The position numbers and the translations under genes are program-made. The notes beneath the pieces were generated by a model. It searched no databases. It saw only the letters and a list, made by a program, of their open reading frames with translations, and had not been told where the DNA came from. Positions 17,942 through 26,468 of a stretch of 30,786 nucleotides of DNA are shown one piece after another. This DNA is from a bacterium (GTDB lineage Bacteria; Arandabacterota; Arandabacteria; Arandabacterales; JALGWA01), in assembly GCA_050125095.1 (NCBI GenBank), contig JASFEA010000018.1:1-30786 (forward strand). The letters are read 5' to 3'. The first letter of the stretch is position 1, and every line of letters starts with the position of its first letter.

Positions 17942-20374
17942 CTAGAGGGTTAACCAGTAATTGAGCTTGATGAGGAATGTGTTGGTGGCTGCGCTCGCGA
18001 AGAGGTTATCCCAGTCTCGCCCCAGATCAAAGTTGCCGTAGCCGGTGGTGGTGTCCCTGGTATGAGCCCAGACGAAGAACAGCGTGCTTCCGGGTCTGTA
18101 CTCCCACCGGAGCACCATGTTCGAATTGAAGGAAGCCCAGGTGTAGTCGGGCTCTTCAACTTCTTCATCGTATATGTCTTTGCCGACGTACTCGAAGTCA
18201 TCGGGGGGGACCAACACCTTGAAATTACTGTAGTCAACAGACGCCATGAATGGCTGGGCATAGATTTGAAGCGATATGTCCCGCGTGAAATTGACCGTGC
18301 CCCTGATGGTCATGTCAAGCCGCTTGGAAGCCAGCTCGCCGAATATCTCCTTGTCGCGCTCGCCGGCCTCGTTCTCGGTGTTTTTAACCCAGCGGGAGGA
18401 GCCCCAGTCCGATCTGAAGCTGGGTCCCGCGCTCACCTGTATATTGGAGCGCGGCCGGAGTTCCAGGTATGTGCCCACCGCATAGTACGTCCCGTCCATG
18501 GTATCACCGCCGCTCAACTCGAGAACCCCCATGTAGGGCTTGCGCGCGTCGGTCTCCACCGAGAACCACGCGTTCTGGCCGATGGGTATGGGGGCGGGTG
18601 GTCCCCCGCGGGTTTCGCGGTCGGAGTACTGCTTGGCATAGTCCTGCCAGGTTCCCATGCCTATGTACCAGTAGTTCTTGAGCTCGATGTAGTTGTTGTA
18701 ATTGCCGCCCCTGGTAAGCGGGACGCCGTCGAGGTTATTGGCATAGCCCACGTTTATGTTATGCCACATGCGGCGCGTGAACCACCAGGGCTCATTGGTC
18801 CTGTACTGGACCCAGAGCCAGGAATAGAGATAATCCGGCCTCCCTAGGAAGCCCATCCTGTTGAGGTCGAGCTCGCGGCTGCGGTAGTCCCCGCGTATGG
18901 ATCCCCGCCAGTGCTCGCCGCCGCTCTTCTCAAGCCCTAGCATGGCCCCGTGGCCGCTCTCGTCAGGCGCGGTGCTGGACGCCACGACGTGACCGTCGGT
19001 GAGGTAATCGCCGTCCAGGAAACGGATGCGCCAGTCGACTCCGCCCGTGTAGGCGGGATCCAGGGTGTTCTGGTTGACAGCCGTCGCCATGGCTCCGATT
19101 TCGGAGTTTTCGAGGACATCCTGCTTGATCCTCGCCACAAGGAAGCTGGCCCGGGGCTCAATCACTTCCTGCCGGTCGGAACCCAGGGTATCCACATAAT
19201 CGGCATGTTCCCTCTGGGTCATCGATGCGAGGAGACCTATCGAGGTGCCGCCGCTGGTCTTGCCCGTGACCTTGCCGGCGCCCAGAATCGTGGTGGCCAT
19301 AGGGCGGTCGGTGTAGTAGTCGACATCCTCGGGCCAGATAGACGGCGGCCTTCCGATTCGCCGCGAGTAGAAGAGGTCGTAGTAAGTCTCAAATATCTGC
19401 GCACCTTCGAGGAAGAAGGGCCGCTTCTCCGGGTACCATGTCTCGAAGGTGGATAGATTGAGAACAGTCTCGTCCTGCTCGACCTGGCCGAAGTCGGGGT
19501 TCACGGTGGCATCAAGAGTCAGGGCGGAACTGAGCCCGTACTTGAGATCGAAGCCCATGTTACCGGAGTAGTCCCTGCCATCGGGATTGCCGGCGTGCCT
19601 GGACTCGGTCTCGGCGTATGACACGGCGTACGGCAGCACCTCTACCCTGTTGGACCTCTTGAGATCGCAAAGCCCTTGGAGGTGCCCGAAATGGGACACA
19701 AATCCGCTGGTGCTCGACGGGATGAAGAGCCACCGGTCGAGTTCGCTCTTGCGGGATATCCTCCTGCTGAAGTATATGCCCCAGACGGGATCTTTCTCGC
19801 AGGAGTAGCGGAGGCAGTGAAAAGGTATCTTGAACTCCGCGACCCAGCCCCAGTCGTGAACCTTGGCCCGGCCCTCCCATACGGCGTCCCAGTTGTCATT
19901 GCTCCAGTTATCGTTGTAATAATAGACGTCCCGCTGTGTCCCGGACGCGTAAAGCACGAAGGCGTATGCCGTCTGGTGGTCATGATGGCTGTCTATGATG
20001 AGGTTGACGAGGTCTCCTTCGATATACCGGTCACGCCGGGTGAGCCGCTTTATGATCTTGTCGGGTTCTGAATCGAAGCACTCGAAAGCCACGAAAAGGG
20101 CCTCATCGTCGAAGGCCACGCGGACGAACGTGGACTCGGAAGCGGGCTTGCCCTCGTCGGGCTCATACTGCACGAATCCCCCCGACCTCGGGGCCAGTTG
20201 CCAGACGTCCTCGTCGATAACGCCGTCGATCTTGATGCCGCAGTTACAGTGCAGGGCGACAATGGCTTTCACGGTGTCGTCGCTTGCCGGTTCCTGGGCC
20301 ACCGTCCCGGTGGCAGCCCCCATCACAATTGCCAGTAACGCTGCTGTCACGAAAAACCGACTTCTCTTCAACAT
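17942..20374 (-). CDS. CBM9-like domain + DUF5916 probable outer-membrane beta-barrel protein
   Basis: Start ATG 20374 (AGGAGG SD); signal peptide; IDGVIDEDVW, GWVAEFKIPF, LDATVNPDFGQVE, EKRPFFLEG and FYSRRIG; C-terminus FLIKLNYWLTL. Confidence 0.85.
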   Translation of the reverse strand: MLKRSRFFVTAALLAIVMGAATGTVAQEPASDDTVKAIVALHCNCGIKIDGVIDEDVWQLAPRSGGFVQYEPDEGKPASESTFVRVAFDDEALFVAFECFDSEPDKIIKRLTRRDRYIEGDLVNLIIDSHHDHQTAYAFVLYASGTQRDVYYYNDNWSNDNWDAVWEGRAKVHDWGWVAEFKIPFHCLRYSCEKDPVWGIYFSRRISRKSELDRWLFIPSSTSGFVSHFGHLQGLCDLKRSNRVEVLPYAVSYAETESRHAGNPDGRDYSGNMGFDLKYGLSSALTLDATVNPDFGQVEQDETVLNLSTFETWYPEKRPFFLEGAQIFETYYDLFYSRRIGRPPSIWPEDVDYYTDRPMATTILGAGKVTGKTSGGTSIGLLASMTQREHADYVDTLGSDRQEVIEPRASFLVARIKQDVLENSEIGAMATAVNQNTLDPAYTGGVDWRIRFLDGDYLTDGHVVASSTAPDESGHGAMLGLEKSGGEHWRGSIRGDYRSRELDLNRMGFLGRPDYLYSWLWVQYRTNEPWWFTRRMWHNINVGYANNLDGVPLTRGGNYNNYIELKNYWYIGMGTWQDYAKQYSDRETRGGPPAPIPIGQNAWFSVETDARKPYMGVLELSGGDTMDGTYYAVGTYLELRPRSNIQVSAGPSFRSDWGSSRWVKNTENEAGERDKEIFGELASKRLDMTIRGTVNFTRDISLQIYAQPFMASVDYSNFKVLVPPDDFEYVGKDIYDEEVEEPDYTWASFNSNMVLRWEYRPGSTLFFVWAHTRDTTTGYGNFDLGRDWDNLFASAATNTFLIKLNYWLTL

Positions 20375-20532
20375 CACGGCCTCCTGATACAGGGGAGTAT
20401 CGGGTTCTGGTCGGTTCCGTGGCACGCACCTACCGGATTGAGATTACCTTCATTCGGCAATACAGAGGAAAACGTCACAGGTTTCATTTTTCTGGAAATC
20501 CTCTCTCGCACGCCACCGATTTCATCTCTATC

Positions 20533-20547
20533 GCAAGTACCGTGCCA
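20533..20547 (-). promoter_or_regulatory. Sigma-54 (-24/-12) promoter
   Basis: Minus strand TGGCACGGTACTTGC matches TGGCACG-N4-TTGC exactly; about 160 nt upstream of the DUF5916 gene and correctly oriented. Confidence 0.75.
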
Positions 20548-20682
20548 GTGCCGGCAGACCTACGGCTTGCTGGGGATCAAGCGGCCTATTGGGCTATGTC
20601 GTTGCTTTAAAGCATGTTAGCCGGGATTCTCCGCCTCCTGCCGTCAGTTTTGGAATACAAGGGGGGCCGCCGGCGGCGAGAG

Positions 20683-20699
20683 CGTGTCGCAGCGACACG
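20683..20699. promoter_or_regulatory. Palindromic regulator site (candidate enhancer for a sigma-54 activator)
   Basis: CGTGTCGC-A-GCGACACG perfect palindrome; a related half-site GTCTCGCAGC lies at 20711-20720. Confidence 0.45.
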
Positions 20700-20730
20700 G
20701 ATGCGTTGAAGTCTCGCAGCTCTTGCGGGC

Positions 20731-20759
20731 TTGAGAGACCCGGCTCATTGTGATATAAT
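20731..20759 (+). promoter_or_regulatory. Sigma-70 promoter with extended -10
   Basis: TTGAGA-N17-TATAAT with TGnTATAAT, upstream of an AAGGAGG SD. Confidence 0.7.
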
Positions 20760-20800
20760 TCAGGGCGCGAGCAAGTTGTGGAACCTCTGGAAGGAGGGTA

Positions 20801-22285
20801 ATGAGCATGCGAGTCAAGTACCTGACCGCGACTGTCATTCTATCAGTCATTATGTCGGTTTTCTCAGCCACGTCCGCGTGTGCCGATTCACCGGACACGC
20901 TGTGGACGAGGCTCATCGGGACTTCGAACACGGACTACGGCTATTCGGTGAAGCAAACACCTGATGGCGGATTCATAATGACGGGCCTCACCCATATTCT
21001 GGGGAATGCCGACGTGTACCTTCTTAAGACCGATGCCAACGGCGACAGCTTGTGGAGCCGAATCTTCGGAGGCCCGGAAGAGGACGTGGGAAATAGCGTG
21101 TGTGTGTGTGAGGATGGCGGATATGTCATAGCGGGCTACACCTATTCTTACGGTGCAGGATCGTGCGACCTGTACCTTATCCGCACGGATGCCGATGGCG
21201 ACACTCTGTGGACAAAGCTATATGGCGCAGGAGGTGCAGACCGGGGGAACTGCGTCATAACTACTGATGAGGGGGGCTTCCTGGTCGCAGGCAGCACTAA
21301 TTCCTGGTGGTATCGCAGTGAAGCCTGGATGCTCAAGACGGACGCCGACGGCGATACGGTATGGACCGTTCGCCTGGGCGAGGTGAATAATACTTATGCC
21401 CATGATGCCGTCGAGACCACTCTCGGGGGCCAGACCTACTCCGTAGGTGGTGTCTGCAGGGGTCTTTATACGTCAAACAATTTCTATCTCATAAGATTGT
21501 CGGAGATAGGCGACACCCTATGGACTGGTGCGTACGGTTCCGGCGGATGGGAAGACTGCTTCGGCATCGACCGTACCGACGATTACGGCTTCTTGCTTGC
21601 GGGGACAACCAATTCCATCACGGCACTCAACTGGGATTTCTATGTGATAAGAGCCGATGCGGGGGGCGATACCCTGTGGCACCGGGTGTTGGGTGGGAGC
21701 CATTACGAGTGCGCGTACTCGATTAAGGAGACATCCGACGGGGGCTGCATCGTGGTGGGTGAGACCGAATCATACGGGCATGGCAAACCTGATGCCTATG
21801 TTATAAAGCTGGACGCCAATGGTGACTCGCTCTGGACGCGTGCTTATGGAAGTTCCAGCACGGATAAGGCTTACGAGGTACAGATAACCTCTGACGGGGG
21901 ATACATAGTAGGGGGCTACGGCTACGATTTCTCCGGCGGGGGCTATGACTTCTACCTCATAAGACTGGGGGCCGAAGCGTCGGTAGACCCCGAAGGCCAG
22001 CTCCCGGCAATGAGGAGCCTCAAGGTCTCCCCGAATCCCTTCGCTTCATCCGTGGCCGTCTCGTACTCATTGAGCGCCCCGACGGTCGTGCGTGCCGACA
22101 TTTTCGATATCAGGGGCAGGCAAGTGAGGTCGCTCTTAAGGGACGTGACGCAGGAGGCGGGTCTCCAGTCCCTTATGTGGGACGGCAGGAACTCTGAAGG
22201 CGTGAGGCTGCCGGCCGGCATTTACTTCTGCCGCTTACGCGCCGGCGGCTCGGCCGAGGTGGCCAAAACTGTCCTGATAGACTGA
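20801..22285 (+). CDS. Secreted beta-propeller repeat protein with FlgD-Ig/T9SS-like C-terminal domain
   Basis: Signal peptide; about 7 repeats of GD[ST]LW...[YF]GG...D...T.DGG[YF]...G; CTD SPNPF...IFDIRGRQV...WDGRNSEGVRLPAGIYFCRL. Confidence 0.85.
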   Translation: MSMRVKYLTATVILSVIMSVFSATSACADSPDTLWTRLIGTSNTDYGYSVKQTPDGGFIMTGLTHILGNADVYLLKTDANGDSLWSRIFGGPEEDVGNSVCVCEDGGYVIAGYTYSYGAGSCDLYLIRTDADGDTLWTKLYGAGGADRGNCVITTDEGGFLVAGSTNSWWYRSEAWMLKTDADGDTVWTVRLGEVNNTYAHDAVETTLGGQTYSVGGVCRGLYTSNNFYLIRLSEIGDTLWTGAYGSGGWEDCFGIDRTDDYGFLLAGTTNSITALNWDFYVIRADAGGDTLWHRVLGGSHYECAYSIKETSDGGCIVVGETESYGHGKPDAYVIKLDANGDSLWTRAYGSSSTDKAYEVQITSDGGYIVGGYGYDFSGGGYDFYLIRLGAEASVDPEGQLPAMRSLKVSPNPFASSVAVSYSLSAPTVVRADIFDIRGRQVRSLLRDVTQEAGLQSLMWDGRNSEGVRLPAGIYFCRLRAGGSAEVAKTVLID

Positions 22286-22342
22286 CCGCGGGCGGGGGCA
22301 CACGGGAAAGCAACGGGTGGGCCGCTTGCGGACCATTCCCCC

Positions 22343-23182
22343 TCAGATATCGATACTGAGCCCGTCGAAGGCAACTCTGAAGCCAGCTCCTTCGAGATTC
22401 TCCCTCTCGCGTCCCTCCGCCTGGACGGGATTGGTGTGGTTCAAATGAGTGAAGTAGATGTCGGTGTCCAGGCGGTCGAGCAGGTTGAGGGCTTCGGATA
22501 CCGGCGGGTGAGGGACGTCCCCGAAACGCGGCAGTTCGTCCTTTGAATAGAAAGAGCCGTCGATAAGGGCGAAATCCGACTTCGATATCTCGCCGATGAG
22601 AGCGTCGGTCCATCTGTCCGTGTCCGGTATGTAAACCAATCGCCTGTCGGCTTCTATGACATAGCACACGGTGTCGGTGAGCTCTCCACGGTGCGGGACG
22701 GGTACCGGAGTGAACTCCACACCGTCAAGGCCGAGAGCCGCATTTGGCCGGACCTCATTAAGGACTATGTTGCCGCCATCCACGAGCAGGCTGAATGGCC
22801 GGGCCAGCGACAGGAACTCCATCATGCGCGCCGTGCAATAGACGGGCACTCCCTTCTCGCCCAGCACCTCCTTGCCGAGAAGCAGGAGGCCCGTGTAGTG
22901 GCCTATGTGGGCATGCGTGAGCAGGAAGCCGCTCACGGGAATGCTACCCCCGCGGCTCACCTGCGGCATGACTGCGCGTATTCTCTCGACCTGAGCCCCG
23001 AGGTCGGGGGAGGCGTCAATCACATAGCAGAAGCCGGTCTCCTCATTGTAGACGGCAATTGATGGGGCCAGTCTTCTGTATGTTTCATCTTGCCTGGCCC
23101 GGGTGCAGTTCGGGCAGGTGCAGCCGGCGTGGGGAATGCCCCCGTCCTGCCCCGAACCAAGCACCATGACCTTCACGCTCAT
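22343..23182 (-). CDS. MBL-fold metallo-hydrolase, PqqB-like
   Basis: VLGSGQDGGIPHAGCTCPNC, IDASPD, LTHAHIGHYTGL, VPHR, DGSFY, VPHP and FTHLNHTNP. Confidence 0.85.
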   Translation of the reverse strand: MSVKVMVLGSGQDGGIPHAGCTCPNCTRARQDETYRRLAPSIAVYNEETGFCYVIDASPDLGAQVERIRAVMPQVSRGGSIPVSGFLLTHAHIGHYTGLLLLGKEVLGEKGVPVYCTARMMEFLSLARPFSLLVDGGNIVLNEVRPNAALGLDGVEFTPVPVPHRGELTDTVCYVIEADRRLVYIPDTDRWTDALIGEISKSDFALIDGSFYSKDELPRFGDVPHPPVSEALNLLDRLDTDIYFTHLNHTNPVQAEGRERENLEGAGFRVAFDGLSIDI

Positions 23183-23188
23183 TATCTC

Positions 23189-24334
23189 TTACCTCGCCGG
23201 TTGTGACGGCACTATGGGGGCCCTGACGTAAATGCGTTTAACATGTATCATGCCGGCATAAAGCAGCAAAGCCGCTCCCAGAATAAGGAATCCGGGGCGA
23301 TAGTCGTGCCAGTATGTGTAGGTGACAAGCAAGATACCCGATCCGGCGGCGCGCCCGAAGTTGAGCAGGAGTTCCCTGCCGGCCCACATGTCTATTCCCG
23401 TCACGTCGGCGTCCAGTGCCACGGAGGTGAGGAAGGGTATGGCCATGACGTTAGAGAAATTGACCAGGCCCGCGACGCCGATCCATACGGGAAATGAGCG
23501 TGCCAGGGCAAGGGCCAGGGTCGCACAGCCGGCCAGGAGGACGGTGGGGTACAGGAAGGCCGTTCTCCTGCTCGTGCGGTCGGATAGCCTCGCAAGGGCG
23601 ATCGTGGCGAGTACGCTGAGAACTCCGAGATATGAGAGAAATATGCCAAGCCTTACCTCCGTCCTGATGAAGAGCAGGGTGAAAGCCGGTATGCCTACGA
23701 AAACGGAAGCCTCCCAGAAGCCCTGCAGGAAGAAGAGCAACCTGTATCTCTTGAGGCGCCTGAGGGAGACCGAGATGCTGTAGTCGAAAGCGCGGAATCT
23801 GATCGCCCGGTTGAGAAGCACGTAGGCGGCGCCCGTGCCCAGTATCGCGACGGCTGCAATCATGTTGTAGTCAAAACCGCGCGTCCGCCATATCAGCGCG
23901 GCCACGGGCGGGATCAGCAGTCCGACGAGAGGGTACACGGCTACCGCCAGGCTCCCCATGTAGGCCTTTGACTTCTCGCCGACATAGGAGAAGAACTCGA
24001 CGTTGTAGGGGATCCAGAAGAACACCAGCACGAGGGCGTTGGAGATGTAGATGAGGGAGATCGTCGAATCCTTAAGCCACAGAAGAGCTGTGGCATAGCA
24101 TGTTATCTTGGCCGCGAAGGCTATTAAGAAAGACACCTTGGCCCTGGCACGACGCATGAGGGCGATAAGCACCACCGGCGTAAAAAAGGCCAAGGTCGTG
24201 GCAAGCAGTATCTGTTCCAGGCTGAAGCCGGTCGTGACGAGATAGAGCATCATGAAATTCATGCCCATGGCGTCCGCCACGGCCAGGAGGATCTGTATGA
24301 TGTATATCCTCCTGAATTCCCTGTTCTTTATCAT
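23189..24334 (-). CDS. MFS transporter
   Basis: About 12 hydrophobic segments; ARLSDRTSRR motif-A-like loop; only 6 nt from the MBL gene, so probably co-transcribed. Confidence 0.8.
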   Translation of the reverse strand: MIKNREFRRIYIIQILLAVADAMGMNFMMLYLVTTGFSLEQILLATTLAFFTPVVLIALMRRARAKVSFLIAFAAKITCYATALLWLKDSTISLIYISNALVLVFFWIPYNVEFFSYVGEKSKAYMGSLAVAVYPLVGLLIPPVAALIWRTRGFDYNMIAAVAILGTGAAYVLLNRAIRFRAFDYSISVSLRRLKRYRLLFFLQGFWEASVFVGIPAFTLLFIRTEVRLGIFLSYLGVLSVLATIALARLSDRTSRRTAFLYPTVLLAGCATLALALARSFPVWIGVAGLVNFSNVMAIPFLTSVALDADVTGIDMWAGRELLLNFGRAAGSGILLVTYTYWHDYRPGFLILGAALLLYAGMIHVKRIYVRAPIVPSQPAR

Positions 24335-24361
24335 AGTGTTGTAATTCTAATTCATAGGAGC

Positions 24362-24401
24362 GGGGACAGGTATATTTTTCGCGCCGCCGGGACCTGTCCC
24401 C
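24362..24401. repeat. 10-bp inverted repeat related to the 5357 element
   Basis: GGGGACAGGT-N20-ACCTGTCCCC. Confidence 0.6.
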
Positions 24402-24439
24402 CGGGCCCTGAGTAAGCGCCGCCCGGCGCGACCGCAACC

Positions 24440-24976
24440 CTACCAATCCCAATCCTGCGCCTCCTCAATAAGATCGGGGAAGAGCGCGGGCTGAATGGAG
24501 TGTATTGTGAGCACTTCAAGGACGAAGCGGTCTTCAAGAATCCGTTCGACGTTGCCGTTTCTCTCGGCGTCGAACGAGACCGAAACCAGCTCCTCGGCTT
24601 CACCCCTAGCCCTGGCCTGCGCACTCTGAATGTCCCTGTATATGGTCCTCCGCAGGTCGATGTCGGAGGGCAGCTTCATGGCGTGCCCGGGCAGGATCTG
24701 AGATTCCCTGAGCCTCGCGGCCCAGGACTTGCTCACGTACCGGTCATCGCCCGAGAACATCTGTATCTTATACCAGTTTCCCGCCTCCCCCGTCACAACG
24801 AATACGTCGCCCTTCCAGGCGCGTCCGACGATCACCCGGTCGGTACCGGGGCCGGTTCGGATGTTTATGTTGCGGCTGAGCATCACGGCGTACTCTCGGC
24901 AGCACGCCGGTCCAGGAGAGAGGTGAATGACGACCATGATGAGCACGATGATTGCAGCGACACATGCCCTCTTCAT
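24440..24976 (-). CDS. Exported bacterial SH3 (SH3b) domain protein
   Basis: AAGGAGGTG SD; signal peptide; INIRTGPGT...GDVF...GNWYKI...YVSKSW. Confidence 0.82.
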   Translation of the reverse strand: MKRACVAAIIVLIMVVIHLSPGPACCREYAVMLSRNINIRTGPGTDRVIVGRAWKGDVFVVTGEAGNWYKIQMFSGDDRYVSKSWAARLRESQILPGHAMKLPSDIDLRRTIYRDIQSAQARARGEAEELVSVSFDAERNGNVERILEDRFVLEVLTIHSIQPALFPDLIEEAQDWDW

Positions 24977-25050
24977 GATGCACCTCCTTTCCAGCTCGCT
25001 TCCACCGGGTTATAAGACGCTCCGGCGGGATACAGTCCGACTGGAAAGCG

Positions 25051-25098
25051 AAAGGATACGGGGAAGCCCCGCCGGAATGAAACCCGACGGGGCTTCCC
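25051..25098 (-). terminator. Probable terminator hairpin after the 25145 gene
   Basis: GGGAAGCCCCG...CGGGGCTTCCC, an 11-bp stem that can extend further; weak U tract. Confidence 0.65.
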
Positions 25099-25144
25099 TG
25101 TCTGTTTCTACTTCTGAAGTTACAGGTTAAGCAGTAGGACGAGC

Positions 25145-26203
25145 CTACTTGTACTGCGTCTTTATAGCTCCCCAGGTGCTCTCCTCGGTAGCCGAAGGAC
25201 CGGTGATCTCGGCCTTGATGCGACCGCTGTTGGTGTCGAGTGAGAACGAGACGCACTCGCCGTCGGCGACCGTGAACTCCCAGGTATTGCAGTTGCTGCC
25301 GTAGCCGTTGACGCCGCACTGCAGAGCCCAGCCGTCATCGGCGGCGCACTTGAACTGGTAGGTGCCGCCTTCGCCCGGAGCGAAATAGTGCTCGTACACA
25401 TAGATGCCGCCGCCACTATCCATCATCTCGGTTCCGGGATTCGAGGGGTCCCATCCCTGCCAGTCGCCGACCGCCGCCCAGGTATGGGTGGTGCCGATGA
25501 GCTTGCTGTCATAGACGGCGTTGGCGAAAGGCGCCCAGCCCGGGGCTTCGTTGGTGTCCAGGTAGAAAGTGATCTCCTCGCCCGTGGTGAAACCGATCTG
25601 TATATTGGAGTCACCCGGATACTGAGGGCTCCATGAACCGCTCGTGCCCACTACCTGGTAGCCGCCGCCGCCATAGCCGAAGTCGGCGGTCGCCGTCAGT
25701 GTGACCTCATAGATGCCGTCCATCTCGGGGTCCAGCATCTTGGACATCTCATCTCCGTTCTGCCAGTCCGCGCCGACACCGAGCTCGCTCTCGCAGTCGC
25801 CGACCAGGTTGGGCGGTTCCGGGGGCGGGGTGATGCCGGAAGTGAACGAGTATTCTTCCGAGTCGCAGGTGCTGCTGTCGGCGCTCATCGCGCGGGCGAA
25901 CCACCTGACGAGATCGCCGTTATTGGCGGTGAGCCAGGCCTGGTACCAGTCATTGTTGCTCTCGAACTTGAAAAACGTCCCGAGCTCGCTCGCGGCCGTT
26001 CCGGATGTATACGGGTCGCTGCCGTCGGTGGTGTAGATGAAGGTCATGGAGGTATTAATGTTATTGTCGCCAGGCCACACCTGGGCTTCCACGAAGTTGG
26101 TGGACGGATCGTTGTAGCCGTTACCGCACCAGCAGTCTGCGAAGGACGTCGAGGCCCACGCAAACAGCAAGAGCGCGGTCATTACAATTATCGACTTCCT
26201 CAT
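25145..26203 (-). CDS. Secreted non-catalytic carbohydrate-binding protein (pullulanase X25/SusE-like modules) with C-terminal TWGxIK tail
   Basis: GAGGAGG SD; signal peptide; YTTDGSDP; two modules (GADWQ..MLDPEMDGIYEVT and GDWQGWDPSNP..M.D.G.GIY..G.YQFK); ends SATEESTWGAIKTQYK. Confidence 0.75.
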   Translation of the reverse strand: MRKSIIVMTALLLFAWASTSFADCWCGNGYNDPSTNFVEAQVWPGDNNINTSMTFIYTTDGSDPYTSGTAASELGTFFKFESNNDWYQAWLTANNGDLVRWFARAMSADSSTCDSEEYSFTSGITPPPEPPNLVGDCESELGVGADWQNGDEMSKMLDPEMDGIYEVTLTATADFGYGGGGYQVVGTSGSWSPQYPGDSNIQIGFTTGEEITFYLDTNEAPGWAPFANAVYDSKLIGTTHTWAAVGDWQGWDPSNPGTEMMDSGGGIYVYEHYFAPGEGGTYQFKCAADDGWALQCGVNGYGSNCNTWEFTVADGECVSFSLDTNSGRIKAEITGPSATEESTWGAIKTQYK

Positions 26204-26397
26204 TGCTTGAACCTCCTCAAGGTTGCGAGTCCGGAGCCGGACTCAGGATTAAGAACCATTAGCCTCCTGCGGAGACACATCACCTCCCTTCCTGCTCTAT
26301 TTGTTTCTTGGGCACGGCAGGGAACCGGCGCTGAGCCTCCAGGGTCAGCGAACAGGCCGGCTCCTGACCGGCGGCTATACTTATCCCCTTCCCATTC

Positions 26398-26426
26398 AGT
26401 ATATCACATCAAATGCGGCTATTCAA
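26398..26426 (-). promoter_or_regulatory. Sigma-70 promoter implying a ~190-nt 5' leader
   Basis: Minus strand TTGAAT-N17-TATACT, with TGnTATACT. Confidence 0.65.
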
Positions 26427-26468
26427 TATTATTGGCGTATGTGGGGGGTAAGGATTAATGCCACGCGC

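Noticed and set aside
21098-21111. (GT)n microsatellite as a phase-variation tract
   Set aside because: Short and in frame; it encodes VCVC at a normal propeller-repeat position.
24335-24439. PqqA-like precursor peptide near the PqqB-like gene
   Set aside because: I found no small ORF with an ExxxY motif in this spacer.
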